Shown here one piece after another: positions 34,844 to 48,578 of a stretch of DNA of 64,000 nucleotides; the first letter of the stretch is position 1, and each line of letters starts with the position of its first letter. Position numbers and translations under genes: made by a program. The DNA is taken from the NCBI GenBank assembly GCA_002104905.1, contig MCFE01000225.1, positions 58,662 to 122,661 of the forward strand, written 5' to 3'. Under the pieces are notes generated by a model that was not told the origin of the DNA, ran no database searches, and worked only from the letters and a program-made list of their open reading frames with translations. Source of the stretch: Basidiobolus meristosporus CBS 931.73 (Eukaryota > Fungi > Basidiobolomycota).

Positions 34844-37478
34844 CAAAGTTGTACCCATATTGCTTTGCATATCATAGAGCATAATCTATACAAGTTGAAT
34901 CATATTCCATCATTGATCTAAATTACATATATGGAAGGCTCCTGGATGAAGAATTAAGAAAATCAGGCGCCCATAAGGAAGGAGAAAACTCTTTAATAAG
35001 CAGTGATGACCAACAAAGGAGATACCCAAGGCCTTTCAAAGGCAATAGCAACCTGTTTTGTAACTACTACAAAAGGAAAGGACACACATCAGACCGGTGC
35101 TTCAAAAAAAGAGATAGTCAGCAGAAAAGCCTGAATATGAAAATGCTGAAATAACTGAAGACACACTATTTATATCTGCATTAAATATGATCACAGAAAA
35201 GGATTTGCAGATGTGGTATGTTGACTCTGGAGCATCTCAACACTTGACACACCAAAAAGAACTTTTTACCCAATATCAAGAAATTCCAATTAATCAGGTT
35301 TTCATGAGTGACAATAGAACACTTGATCCAGTGGGAGAAAAAACTATCCAAATAAATCTTAGAAGCAGTTAAGGGAGCCATACACTGACCCTTGAAAAAG
35401 TACTCTATGTACTGGAAATAGTCAAAAACCTACTATCTGTAAGCAAGGCCACTGCAGATGAAGTCAGTTTCAGCTTTGAAAATTCTGGATGCAAGATCAC
35501 TGATCAAAATGGTACCCATATTGTTTTGGGTTTCAGAGATCAGAATCTATACAAGTTCACTTATATTCCATCGTATTTGGAAGCCAATAGAAGTAACTTA
35601 AATGAAGAAACACCAATGCTTGCAGATCAATAATTGATATGACAAGATCCATGATCCATGATCTAAAATTTTTTATGTTTTTTGGGCGGAATTGGTTGCC
35701 ACTGTGGTATATCTTAAAAACTAGAGTTATAACAGAATACTTTCTGATTTGACTCCTTTTACAGCATACTATGATAGTTGCCACAGCTGTATACTTTAAA
35801 AATAGGAGTTGTTACAGAATGCTTTGTGATTCTACTCCATTTGAAGCATTATAGGTATAGAGACAAAGCACAGAACATATAAGAATATTTGTGGGTACAG
35901 CATATGACAAGAAACTGCCCAGAAGTCAGTCAAAAATTGTGCCAAAAAGTGTAAAATGCATATTTTTGGACTACTGCAATGAGAGTAAAGCATACAGACT
36001 CTACAATACCAAAGCAAAGAAGCTGATTGAGTCCAGGGATGTATTGTTTGATGAAAATTCAAAATTTTCACAAACAATGACATCAGTTGATGGCAAAAAT
36101 TGGATCTCAAGTCCACCAATTGTCAGGATTGAATCAGAGCAAAACAACAAAATTTTTTTGCTCCAGAGGACTTTACAACCGTGGTTTAGCCTGAAACAGT
36201 GACCAGCAATATCCAGAAGAGACATTTCTATATCAAATGCCTGGAGATCCAATTGGACAAGAAACAGCCCAAGTTACCGTATCAATGAGGGTACAAACTT
36301 AGCCTATGCCTATTCAGTCAATATTGATGAGCCCCAGACTGTAAATGAGGCCCAAAATAGCCCTGAGACAAAGTTTTGGAGATTGGCAATGACTGAAGAA
36401 TATTAGGCCCTAATGAAAAATCAAACGTAGCACTTGGTCAAGTTACCATAAACCAAAATTCAGTTGGATGCATATGGGTCTTCAAGACAAGATACAAGAC
36501 TGATGGTACAATTGAAAGATACAACGCAAGGCTTGTGGCCAAAGCATACTCTCAAACAAAAGGACTTGACTATACTGCAATCTTTGCACCAGTAGCCAAG
36601 TTTAATTCCATCAGATTAATATTGGCTATTGCAGCCAAATATAAGTTTCTTATTCATCAAATGGATGTAAAAACTGCATTTTGAATGGAGAGCCTGATGA
36701 GAACATGCATATGGACCAAACTGATGGGTTTGTTGACCAAAATAACCTCCCTTTGGTCTGTAAGATTAAAAAGTCACTATATGGTCTCAAAGAATCACCA
36801 AGAGCCTGGAATTGCAAAATATATTCTTATTTGGAATCTTTGAGTTTCAAAAGAAGTAATGCTGACTATAGTATATACTATAAGCCAGATAGAGCAAATC
36901 CAGCTCTGTTAGCTCTATATGTGGATGATCCTATTTATGCCACTAATAACCTAGAAACATTGGAGAAGACTAAATCCAGCTTATCTAAGGAGTTCAAGAT
37001 GTCCAATCTAGGAGAGCTCAGTTACTACTTAGGGATTAACTTCTCTATAGACAGAAGTACTCAGAATATTACCTTAAGCCAATCCAAGTATATTCAAGAT
37101 ATACTAAAGCAGTACCAAATGGAAGACTATAAACCAGCAGCTACCTTAATGGAGACAAACCTTAACTTAGTCAAAACTCAACCAAATCACAAGAGCTTAG
37201 TTCCATCTCAAAGCCCTGACTTTCCTTATCAATCTATTATTGGCAGTCTGATGTATATTACTCTTGGAACACATCCAGATATCTCATATTCAGTGTGAGT
37301 TGTCAGCCAACATAATCAGAACCCTGGATCTGATCATACCGCAGCAGTTAAGCAGATTTTTTGATACCTAAAAGGAACTGCTGATATCAGCTAAAGATAC
37401 ACTTATATTAGATTCAGAACAGAATTTTGTGGGATATTGTGATGCTGATTGAGGAAAAAATTTGAACACAGAAGATGC

Positions 37479-40400
37479 TTTTGCAAAAATTTGTGATTCC
37501 ACCTAAATTTTTACCCAACTTAGTCACTGAGAGCATTACCTTCAAATCCTAGAGAATACTGACCAAATTCCTTGTCAAGATTTACTGGGCATATTTACAC
37601 CAAAATACCAATTACCCAGAATATGATAATTCTCAAGGTTGTCCAAACAGCCCCAAACTTTGCACACAAGTTCTTGGGACCTTCCCAAGCCTATTTACAG
37701 ATTGTTATGCCAAGACCATATAAAGTATTATTAGTACTTTTACATTTAATAAATCATTAAGTGGTAACCATAATCTACTTGTTCTCCCAATCACTTCCCA
37801 TATCTCCAAGATTCTTACAACAGGTGATGAGGCCCAAGCTCTCACTCTCTGCAATGTTTACTACAGCTATTACTGGAATTTCTCCCTTGGCTAAAAAGTT
37901 GGATGGATCTAACTACCAAGTGTGGAAGGTGAGGATGAAGATGCTGCTACAAGAAAGAGGCCATTAGGATATTGTCATGGGAGAAGAATGCCTTACTAAA
38001 AACGTGGGAGAGGGAGCCTTAAAGTACCAGAAGAAAGAACAAAGTGTCTTTTACAGAATTTGCCTTAATGTTAAGGACAAACTGCAAATTCAATGCTCAA
38101 GAGCAAAAACGGCAAAGAATGCCTGGAAGGCATTAGTAGACACCTACCAGTAATGTTCAGCTGCCAAGAAAATGTATCTGAGAAGAAAATTACTTACTAC
38201 AAAGATGCTGCCAGGAGAAGGAATGAAAAATCTAACTAACAGAATCACCCTGCTGGTAGATGAGAAGGAATATTTGTGCATACCAACTACTGATGTGGAT
38301 ATGATAGTAACCATCCTGAATTGTCTGACAGACAGGTTTCTGGGCCAAGTATCAGGCCTAAAGTCCAGAACTGAAGATTTGACCTTAAATTACATCTATG
38401 GAAGGCTCATGGATGAAGAATTAAGAAAATCAAGCGCCAATAAGAAGGAAGAAAAAAATGCTTTAATAAGCAATGATAACCAACAAAGGAGGTACCCAAG
38501 ACCCTCCAAAGGCAACAGCAACCTGTTTTGCAACTACTGCAAAAGGAAAGGACACACACCGGACCAGTGTCTCAAAAACAGAGATAATCAGCAAAAGAAG
38601 CCTGAATATGGATATTCTGCAACAACTGAAGACAGACTATTCATATCTGCAATAAACAAGACCATAAACAAGGATTCTCAGAGGTGGTATATTGATTCTA
38701 GTGCATCTCAACACATTACACACCATAAAGAACTTTTTACTCAATATCAGAAACTCTAATCAAGAAGGTTTCATGGGTGACAATAGAACACTTGATGCAG
38801 TGGGGGAAGGAACTATTGAAGTAAACCTAAGAAGCAGTGAAGGAAGCCACACACTGACCTTTAAAGAAGTACTGTTATGATCTGCTGCTTGAATGCTTAA
38901 GTTAGATCAGTTTTTAGTCAAACTAATTAGTTATATGTTTAGGTTATCAGTATATCAGTATTATCTATCATATCAGTAGCATTAGTCAGCAAATGAATCG
39001 GCAGTTCCTTATCAGACAGAAATAGATATATTAAGTATGATCTTATTGGGTGATGATGATGCAATCAAATGAGTCATCAGCCACAACCTACATCAGGAAA
39101 TACAATCAGTCAGCAATTGATCTGGAAAAATGTATGTAAGGGGCTGCTGGAACCTCAATAAAGATCAGTTCAAGTTTTAGTGAATACAATACTGGCTAAA
39201 CTGCCTATTCCACTACAACTCTTATACCAAGACCTGTGACATTGGTAGCAGCAATAACCAGAAACCTCCCTCCTGAAGAAAGAAGAAACCAACCTCAAGA
39301 TGTTGAACAATCAAGAATGGAAGAATGCCATGCAGCAAATCCTGGCCCAACAGCAACAGTTACTCCAAATCCTCAGCCAACAGCAACAAGGAATGACTAC
39401 CATGGCTCAGAGCCAGCAAAGCCCTGTTAAGAGCAACTTTAGTGTGAAGGTCAACCGGTACCATGGCAGAGTCAATGAAAACCTGGGAACTTGGCTCTTC
39501 CAGATTGAAGAAGCTTTCAAGGCTAAAGGAGTTGCGCCAGAAGGCAAGTTACATTATGCAGCCTCTTACCTGGCAGGTGCAGCTTTGCAATGGTACCACA
39601 ACAAGATCAGGTCAGCCACCATGATGGGATGCTCTACAGTCTCTACCTGGGATGAGCTTGTGTTGCAAATAGAGGATGCCTTTGAACTTCCACACCAGCA
39701 GACACTACTAAGAGGGAAGTTAAAGACACTCAGACAGAAAAGAATGGTTCAAGAATGCATCTATGAGTACAGATGTCAACTTGGACAAATTGAAAGAATG
39801 GACCCCCTAGATTAAGTTGAATACTTTATTCATGGGTTGAAAGAAAGAACTTGTAAGGAAGTAAATTATCAAAGACCTCAGACTATTGAAGAAGCCATCA
39901 AGATTGCCATTGACTATGACTTAGCTATGTTTGGAGTTGGGAAGCCTACAGTGAATAGTCAGAAAGGCAACAATCATTATGAAAGAAGACAGTCAGAAGC
40001 AGTACCAATGGAAATAGATGCTATGCAGAGGAACCCCACCTTAGAAGAATGCAGGAAGAAAGGACTTTGTTCCAATTGCCACCAGGAAGGACACATCTCA
40101 AAGTACTGCCCCCAGAGAAGAAATGGACACCAGCCAACAAGAACAATCAACCATATTAAGTCCCATGAACACAGTAATGTGGGGGATGAGCTTGAAGAAG
40201 ACTTGGAACTCACCTTCCATATGACAGAAGAGTACTTGTCCCAAATGACCTCAAACTCAGGGAAGTCATTATACTTAAATTGAGTAATCAATGGAGTACC
40301 TGCCAAAATCATGATTGACTCAGGAGCATCGCATGAGTACATGTCAGAACAATTTGCCTTGAAAGCTGGAATCAACTTGGAGCCTACCAAATCAACTTCA

Positions 40401-43400
40401 GTCTCCACAGCTGATGAGAACTCTCACATAATCAACCATATTACCCAGCCAGTAAGAATGAATATCAATGACTATGAAGAAGACCTACAGGCCTATATAT
40501 TTGGGAACTGCAAGTTTGACTTTGTGCTTGGGAAGACCTGGCTATTTTGTTGTAGTCCATCAATCAACTGGAGAACCCATGCCACTCAGATACAGAAGGA
40601 CAACAAGACCTACTAGCTATTACCTGCCAGGCTGGATTTCAACTTGGTCAATTCCAGTATGTGTGAGACAAGTGAACTTAGCAAGACCCAGTTCTGTAAG
40701 GCACTTAGAAAAGGTACCCAGATGTTCCTCATGGCAGTATTACAGGAGGATTCCTCTACCCCAGCACCCCAGTGGGTCCAGACTCTCTTGAAGAAATATT
40801 CAGACGTGTTTCCGGATGAGCTTGTAAACCTACCACCAATCAGAGACGTGGATCATGCCATTGACACAGGAGATAGCCCTCCAGTGAGCAAGACACCTTA
40901 CAGAATGAGTCCATTGGAATTGGAGGAAATGAAGAGACAAATTGATCAGCTATTGGAGCAAGGATACATCAGACCCAGCAAGTTATCTTAGGGAGCACCA
41001 GTGCTTTTTGTGAAAAACAAGGATGGAACACTTAGGATATGCATTGACTACAGAGCCCTGAGCTCAGTAACCGTCAAGAATATATACCCCATACCTTGGA
41101 TTGATGAGCTTTTGGACCAACTTAATGGAGCCACCATATTCAGCAAGATTGACCTCCGGTCAGGATGCAACCAGATTAGGGTGAAACCAGAAGACATCCC
41201 TAAGACAGCATTCAGGACCAGATATGGTCATTACAAGTACTTAGTCATGAGTTTTGGCCTTACCAATGCCCTTGCAACATTCATGGCCCTGATGCAGACT
41301 GTCTTTGAGGAGTACTTAGACAAGTTTGTAATAATCTACCTAGATGACATATTGATATACAGCAAGACACAAGAGGATCACTTGGTACACATTGAAAAAG
41401 TCTTGAAGAAGCTAAGAGAGAATAAGGTATATGGAAAGCTAGCCAAGTGTGAATTCATCAAGGAACACATTGAATATATGGGACACATAGTGACTAGCAC
41501 AGGAGTGACCTTAGACCCTAAGAAGGTTGAAGTTATCAAGAATTTGAAGCAGCCCCTTAGCGTATCAGAACTCAGATCAATCCTTGGCATGGCATCCTAT
41601 TATTGGAGATTTGCCAAGTCCTTTGCAAGCATTGCAGCCCCTTTAACTGATATCCTCAAGAAAGAAAACCGCTGCAAGTGGGACATAGCCTGTGAGACTG
41701 CATCTCAGATGCTCAAGAATGAACTTGCTAAGCTGCCAAGCTTAAGAATACCTGACTTCAGAAAAGAGTTTACCCTGTGCAGAGATGCTTCAGATTACGC
41801 AATTGGTGGAGTACTAAGCCAAGAACACAAGGGGAAGGACTGCCTAGTTGCCTTTGAGTCCAAGAAACTGAACTCAGCAGAACAAAACTATGCTGTGCAT
41901 GAGAAGGAGATGCTTGCTATAATACACTGCCTGAAGACATGGAGATGCTATATTGAAGGAGTCAAATGCACTGTAAAGACTGATCATGCCTCACTGAAGT
42001 ATATATTTACTCAGAGGGTTCTATCCAGAAGAATGACAAGATGGAGTGAATACATTCAGCAATTTGACTTGGAGATTGTCTACTGCCCTGGGAAAAACAA
42101 CATGGTTGCTGATGCCTTATCAAGACTAGAACAAGTGGCACAACTAAACTTGGTGCATGAATCAGATTGGCCTAGCTTATTACCACAATACTTGGAGGAC
42201 CAAGCCATTCCTAATGAGGTGGATGAAGAGATAAAGAAGATAATCCGGGATGAAGCCAGCAAACTTGTTGTTTGGGATGAAACACTCTACCAAATTGTTG
42301 ATGGAAGCTCTATGGCCTATTGACCGTATGTTGCTTGCCTGGATTTAATACATAAGCTACACAATGAATATAGACATCTGGGGATTGAAGGAACCTATGG
42401 CCTTGTGAAAGCCTGAGCATGGTGACCCAGAATGAGACAAGATATTGAGAAGCTAGTGAAAACATGCCTAAGCTGCCAAATCAATCAAATCCAGCTACAA
42501 AGAATTGCCAAACTCTTCCCTTTGGAGCCTGTAAGACCATTTGAGAGATGGGGAATTGACTTTATTAGGAGACTGCCAACCACCAGGAAATGCAACCATT
42601 GGATCCTGGTATCAATTGACCATGTCACTAAATGGCCAGTTGCTAAAGCTGTACCAATAGCCAGTGAACAAGAAGTTGCAAGTTTGATTTACCATAAGAT
42701 CCTGATGAAGTTTGGATGCGCTGTGGAGATCTTATCTGATAGAGGAGCAAACTTTATGGCAAAGACATTAGAGGCTTACCTGGAAATGGAGCAGTTCAGA
42801 CACTTGAAAACCTTGGCATATCACCCCAGAACTAATGGAGTCACTGAGCAGCTTAATGGATTATTTGGAAAAATGCTGACTAAGTATGCAAATGGAGTTG
42901 TCAGTTGATGGGATGAGTATATAGACCAAGCACTCTTTGCATGCAGAGTCAGAGTACACAACACCACCCAGCAATCACCATTTTACTTAGTGTATGGATG
43001 TGAACCAAGGATTCCTGGAGATCTCACACAACCAAAGCTTACAGACACTTTAGAAGATGAACTCAGTCAGCCAAGTAGACAGCAGCAACTGGAACAAAGA
43101 CCTCAAGAGGCACAGAACAAAGTATCTCAGTGTGCAGAAAAGATGAAGCAGAGATTTGACAAGACTATAGCACCAGAAGCATTGACAGTTGGGAACTTTG
43201 TATTACTAAGAAATAACACTCGGAAGAAGTTTGAGCCACAATGGGCGGGACCATTCAAGATCATCAGAGAATGTCCAATTGCAACTACCAACTAATGGAC
43301 AAACATGGCTATATCTGTGAAGACTTAGTGCATAGGGACAGACTCAAACTTGCAAGACTTGCTGATAATACTGAACCATCAAGATATTGGTATCACAAGA

Positions 43401-45785
43401 AAAGAGATTAAGGAGAACCCTCTCAACTTTAGCAGGAGTGAATGTAACGATCTGCTGTTTGAATGTTTAAGTTGGATCAGTTTTTAGTCAAATCAATTAG
43501 TTATATGTTTAGGTTATTAGTATATCAGTATTGTCTATCATATCAGTAGTATTAGTCAACAAATGAATCAGCAGTTCCTTATCAGACAGAAATAGATATA
43601 TTAAATAGGATCTTATTGGGTGATGATGATGCAATCAAATGAGTCATCAGCTACAACCTACATTAGGAAATACAATTAGTCAGCAATTGATCTGGAAAAA
43701 TGTATATAAGGAGCTGCTGGAACCTCAAAAAACATCAGTTCAAGTTTTAATGAATATAGTACTAGCTAAACTCCCTATTCCACTACAACTCTTATACAAA
43801 GACTTGTAACAGTACTCTATGTACCAGAAATAGCCAAGAATCCACTATCTCTAAGCAAGGCCACAGCAGAAGAACTCAGTTTCAGCTTTAACAATTCAAG
43901 ATGCAAGATCAGTGATCAAAATGGTTTGGGCACATCAATTCTGATTATTTGCGCAAAATGATCAAAGATCAGCTAATTTCTGGTGTAAAAATTGATCTGC
44001 TAGCTAATTTGGAGCACTGTAAAGCCTGCAGATATGGGAAACAAGCGAGACAACTGTTTGAGAGCTCTGGGATAATTAAACTAAGAAAAAATTGGAACTA
44101 ATTGACTCATATCTGTGTGGACCTATGCAAAATTTATCTGTAAGCAGGATGAAGTATTTAATCACCTTTGTTGATGATTACGCAAGATAGACATGGGTCT
44201 ACTTCATGGAGAGAAAGGAGGAAGCTCTGAATAAGCTCAGGGAGTTCAAAGCTATGGTGGAGAGAGAAATTGGTGAAAAAATCAAGAAAATATGCTTTGA
44301 CAATGGTGGAGAATATACCTCAAAACTCTTCATCCACTTCTGCAAAATTCATGGGATACAGAAAGTGACTGCTGTACCATACTCCCCACAGCAAAATGGA
44401 GTAGCAGAATGTGCTAACAGATGATTAATTAATATGGTAAGATCTATGATTCAGATTAAAAATTATCCTAGGCTATTTGGGCGGAATCAGTTGACACTGC
44501 TGTATACCTTAAAAATAGGACCTATAAGAAAATACTTTATGACTCTACTTCATTTGAAGCATGGTATGGATGCAGACCAAGTGCAGAACATCTAAGAATA
44601 TTTATGGGTACAGCATATGCCAAGAAACTGCCTGAATATCAGTCAAAATTTGAGCCAAAAAGTGTAAAATGCACATTTTGGGGCAACAGCAATGAGAGCA
44701 AAGCATACAGGCTCTACAACAGCAAAGTAAAGAAGCTAATCAAATCCAGGGATGCATTGTTTGATGAAAATTCAAAATTCTCACAAAAAATGACATCAGA
44801 TGATGACACAAATGTGATCTCCTGTTCACCAATTGTCAGGATTGATTCAGAGCAAAACAATGAATATTTATTCACTCCTGAGAACCCTACAACCATGATT
44901 TAGACTAAATCAGTGCCCAGGAATATCCCAGAAGTGATCATTCCAGTACAAAGCAAGCCTTGTGGCCATGGATACTCTCAAACAAAAGGACTTGACTACT
45001 CTGAGATCTTTGCACCAGTAGCCAAGTTTAATTCTATCAGATTTATATTGGCTATTGCAGCCAAATATAAGTTTTTTAATCATCAAATGGATGAAAAAAT
45101 TGCATTTGAATAGTGAGCTTGTGAGGACATTTATATGGACTTGCCTGATGGGTTTGTTGACCTAGATAGCCCCCATTTGGTCTGCAAGCTTAAAAAGTCA
45201 CTATATGGTCTCAAACAATCACCAAGATCCTGGAATTGCAAGATAGATTCTTATTTGTAATCTTTGAGTTTCAAAAGGAGTAATGCTGACTATAGTATAT
45301 ACTATAAGCCAGATAGAGCAAATCCAGTTCTATTAGCTCTATATTTGGATGATCTTATTATAGCCACCAATAACCTAGAAACATTGGAAGAGACTAAATC
45401 CAGCCTATCTAAGGAGTTCAAGATGTCCAATCTAGGAGAGCTTAGCTACTACTTAGGGATTAAGTTCTCCATAGACAGAAGTACCCAGACTATTACCCTA
45501 AGCCAATCCAAGTATATTCAAGATATACTGAAGAAGTACAAAATGGAAGACCATAAACCAGCAGCTACCTCAATGGAAACAAACCTTAACTTGGTCAAAA
45601 CTCAACCAAATCAAGAGAGCTTAGTGCCATCTGAAAGCCCTGACTTTGCGTTATCACTCTATTGTTGGCAGTCTGATGTACATCATGCTTGGAATATGGC
45701 CAGATATCTCATATTCAGTGGGAATTGTAAGCTAACATAATCAGAACTATGGATCTGATCATATTGCAGCAGTTGAGTGGGATTT
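37479..45785 (+). mobile_element. Copia copy (5' LTR 37479-37822, PBS, gag, PR, IN, RT) split by the Gypsy insertion; no 3' LTR of its own
   Basis: LTR followed by GGTGATGAGGCCC; gag zinc knuckle CNYCKRKGHTPDQC; host sequence GAAGTAC|GTACTCTATG resumes at 43812. Confidence 0.88.
38873..43811 (+). mobile_element. Full-length Ty3/Gypsy LTR retrotransposon, 4,939 bp, inactivated
   Basis: 369-bp LTRs at 38873-39241 and 43443-43811, 4-bp TSD GTAC, PBS TGGTAGCAG, purine tract AGCAGGAGTGAA. Domain order gag (CSNCHQEGHISKYC), PR (IDSGAS), RT (LRICIDYRAL, YLDDILIYS), RNase H (DASDYAIGGVL), IN (ERWGIDF, SDRG, YHPRTNGVTE, GPF). No chromodomain seen. Confidence 0.95.
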
Positions 45786-48578
45786 TTTTGTAAAAATTTG
45801 TGATTCCACCTGAATAATAACCTAACTTAGTCACTTAGATCATTACCTTTAAATCCAAGAGAATACTGACCAAACTCCTGTTGGGATTTAAGTTGAATAT
45901 TTTTGCCAGAATACCAGGTACCCAGAACATGAAAATTCACAAAGTTGTCCAAACAGCTTCAAACTTCTCACACATGTACTAGGGACCTTCCTTATCCAAT
46001 TCTACATATTTTCTATGCCAAGATCATATAAAAGTATAAATACTACTTTTATATTCAGTAGATTATGAAGTGATAACCCATAATCTACTTATTCTCCCAA
46101 TCACTTCCAATATCTCCAAGACTCTTACAACAGGTTATGAGCCCCAAGCTGTCACTGTCTGCAATGCCAAGCACTGCTGATACTGGAATTACCCTCTGAT
46201 GAAAAGTTGGATGGATCTAACTACCAAGTGTGGAAGGTGAAGATGAAGATGCTGCTACAAGAAAGAGGCCTTTGGATATTCTTATGGGAGAACAATGCCC
46301 TCCTAATGATGTGGGAGAGGAAGCCTTAAAGTACTAGAAGAAAGAACAAAGTGCCTTTTACTGCATTTGCCTTAATGTTAAGGACAAATTACCAATTCAA
46401 TGCTCAAGAGCCAAAGCAGCAAAGAATGCCTGGAAGGCATTAGAAGACACCTACCGGTCAGGTTCAGCTGCTAAGAAAATATATTTGAGAAAAAAATTCT
46501 TTACTACAAAGATGCTGCCAGGAGAAGAAATGAAAAATCTAACTAACAGAATTACCCTGCTGGTAGATGAGATGGAATCTATGTGCATACCAACTACTGA
46601 TGAGGATGTGATAGTTACCATCCTGAATAGTCTGACAGACAAGTTTCAGGGCCTTGTATCAGGCCTGGAGTCCAGAACTGAAGATTTGACCTTAAATTAC
46701 ATCTATGGAAGGCTCATGGATGAAGAATTAAGAAAATCAAGCGCAAATAAGAAGGAAGAAGAATTGCTTTAATAAGCAATGATATCCATCAAAGGAGGTA
46801 CCCAAGACTCTACAAAGGCAACAGCAACCTATTTTGCAACTACTGCAAAAGGAAAGGTACTCTCACTTGGCCTCCCTGGCACACTATGGCATCATTTGGC
46901 ACTCATGGCTCAATGTGCACAATCCAATGGAACAAGTCTATTGGCTATTGCAACCAAACATAAGTTTTTTATTCATCAAATGGATGTAAAGACTGCATTT
47001 TTCAATGGATTACTTGATGAGGGCTTGTATATGGACCAGCCTGATGAATTTGTTTACCAAGATAACCCCCATTTGTTCTGCAAGCTTAAAAAGTCACTAT
47101 ATGGTCTCAAATAATCAACAAGAGCCTGGAATTGCAAGATAGATTCTTATTTGTAATCTTTGAGTTTCAAAAGGAGTAATGCTGACTATAGTATATACCA
47201 TAAGCCAGATAGAGCAAATCCAGTTCTATTAGCTCTATATTTGGATGATCTTATTATAGCCACCAATAACCTAGAAACATTGGAAGAGACTAAATCCAGC
47301 CTATCTAAGGAGTTCAAGATGTCTAATCTAGGAGAGCTTAGCTACTACTTAGGGATTAAGTTCTCCATAGACAGAAGTACCAAGACTATTACCCTAAGCC
47401 AATCCAAGTATATTCAAGATATACTCAAGAAGTACCAAATGGAAGACTATAAACCAGCAGCTACCCCAATGCAGACAAACCTTAACTAGGTCAAAGCTCA
47501 ACCAAATCAAGAGAGTTTGGGGCCATCTGAAAGCCCTGAATTTCTGTATCAATCTATGGTTGGCAGTCTGATGTATATCATGCTTGGAACACGTCCAAAT
47601 ATCTCATATTCAGTGGGAGTTGTCAGCCAACATAATCAGAACTATGGATCTGATCATACTGCAGCAGTTAAGCGGATTTTCAGATACCTAAGAGAAACTG
47701 CTGATATCTGCTTAAGATACACTCAGAAGGGTTCAAAACTGAATCTTGTGGGATACTCTAATGCTGATTGGGGACATAATTTGAAAGACAGAAGATCCAC
47801 TACAGGATACACCTTTCTTTACTGTAAAGGAGCAATTACATGGAACTCAAGAAAGCAGCTAACCGTGGCACTTTCCTCCACAGAGGCAAAGTATATGGCA
47901 GCCTGTGAAGCTACCAAGGAAGCAATGTGGTTAAAAAAGCTTTTTGCAGATTTAGGCCTATGTCAAAAAACGCCTATTACTTTATTTCAAGATAATCAAG
48001 GATGTATACAATCAGGTAGAAATCCACCTTTTCATGCTAAAACCAAGTATATAGATATTAGACATCATTTCATACGTGGAGCTATAGAGAATTACTTAGT
48101 TAGCTTAGTTTACTGTCCTACAGATGAAATGATTGCAGACATATTTACCAAACCATTAGCCAGAGACAAGTTTAAATATCTTAGGTCAAAATTAGGACTA
48201 GTCAGTATGAACATTTAGCTCAGTGGGAGTGTTGTAAAAATTTGTAATTCCACCTAAATATTCACCTAACTTAGTCACTTAGATCATTACCCTTGAATCC
48301 TAGAGAATACTGAGCAAGTTCCTTGTCAGGATTTACTTTGAATATTTTCACCAAAATACCAGGTACCCAGAACATGAAAATTTGATAAGTTGTCCAAACA
48401 GCCCCAAACTTTGCACACATGTTCTTAGGACCTTCCTTAACCAATGCTATGTGTTTGTAATGCCAAGACCAGGTAAAAGTATAAATACTACTTTTACATT
48501 CAATAACTCATTAAGTGAAAACCACATAATCTACTTGTTCTCCCAATCACTTCCAACATCTCCAAGACTCTTACAACA
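45786..48578 (+). mobile_element. Two-LTR Copia deletion derivative (gag joined to RT-RNase H; PR and IN missing)
   Basis: LTRs 45786-46132 and 48230-48578, PBS GGTTATGAGCCC 46133-46144, PPT CAGTGGGAG 48221-48229, RNase H ORF 47517-48218 (RRSTTGY, SSTEAKY, DNQG, ADIFTK). Flanks GATTT and GTTAG do not match. Confidence 0.9.
46858..46938. mobile_element. Right-end fragment of the MITE family seen at 34015
   Basis: TGGCAC-rich sequence ending ATGGAACAAGTC|TA, sitting at the gag-to-RT junction. Confidence 0.6.

Larger units (their letters stand above)
33480..37478 (+). mobile_element. Rearranged degenerate Copia: gag-PR, repeated gag-PR, integrase C-terminus, RT, start of RNase H
   Basis: ORF remnants MKNLTNRITLLVDEMES, WYVDSGASQH, AYRLYN..IESRDVLFDE, LYGLKESPRAWN, LALYVDD. 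Gag 3' region restarts at ~34913. Confidence 0.85.

Noticed and set aside
35640-35830. ~80-bp tandem duplication at the integrase C-terminus
   Set aside because: Real but explained as a join between two decayed copies; no sign of function.
43100-43440. Chromodomain at the Gypsy integrase C-terminus
   Set aside because: After the GPF motif only ~45 residues remain (YQLMDKHG..RYWYHKKRD) with no chromodomain pattern.
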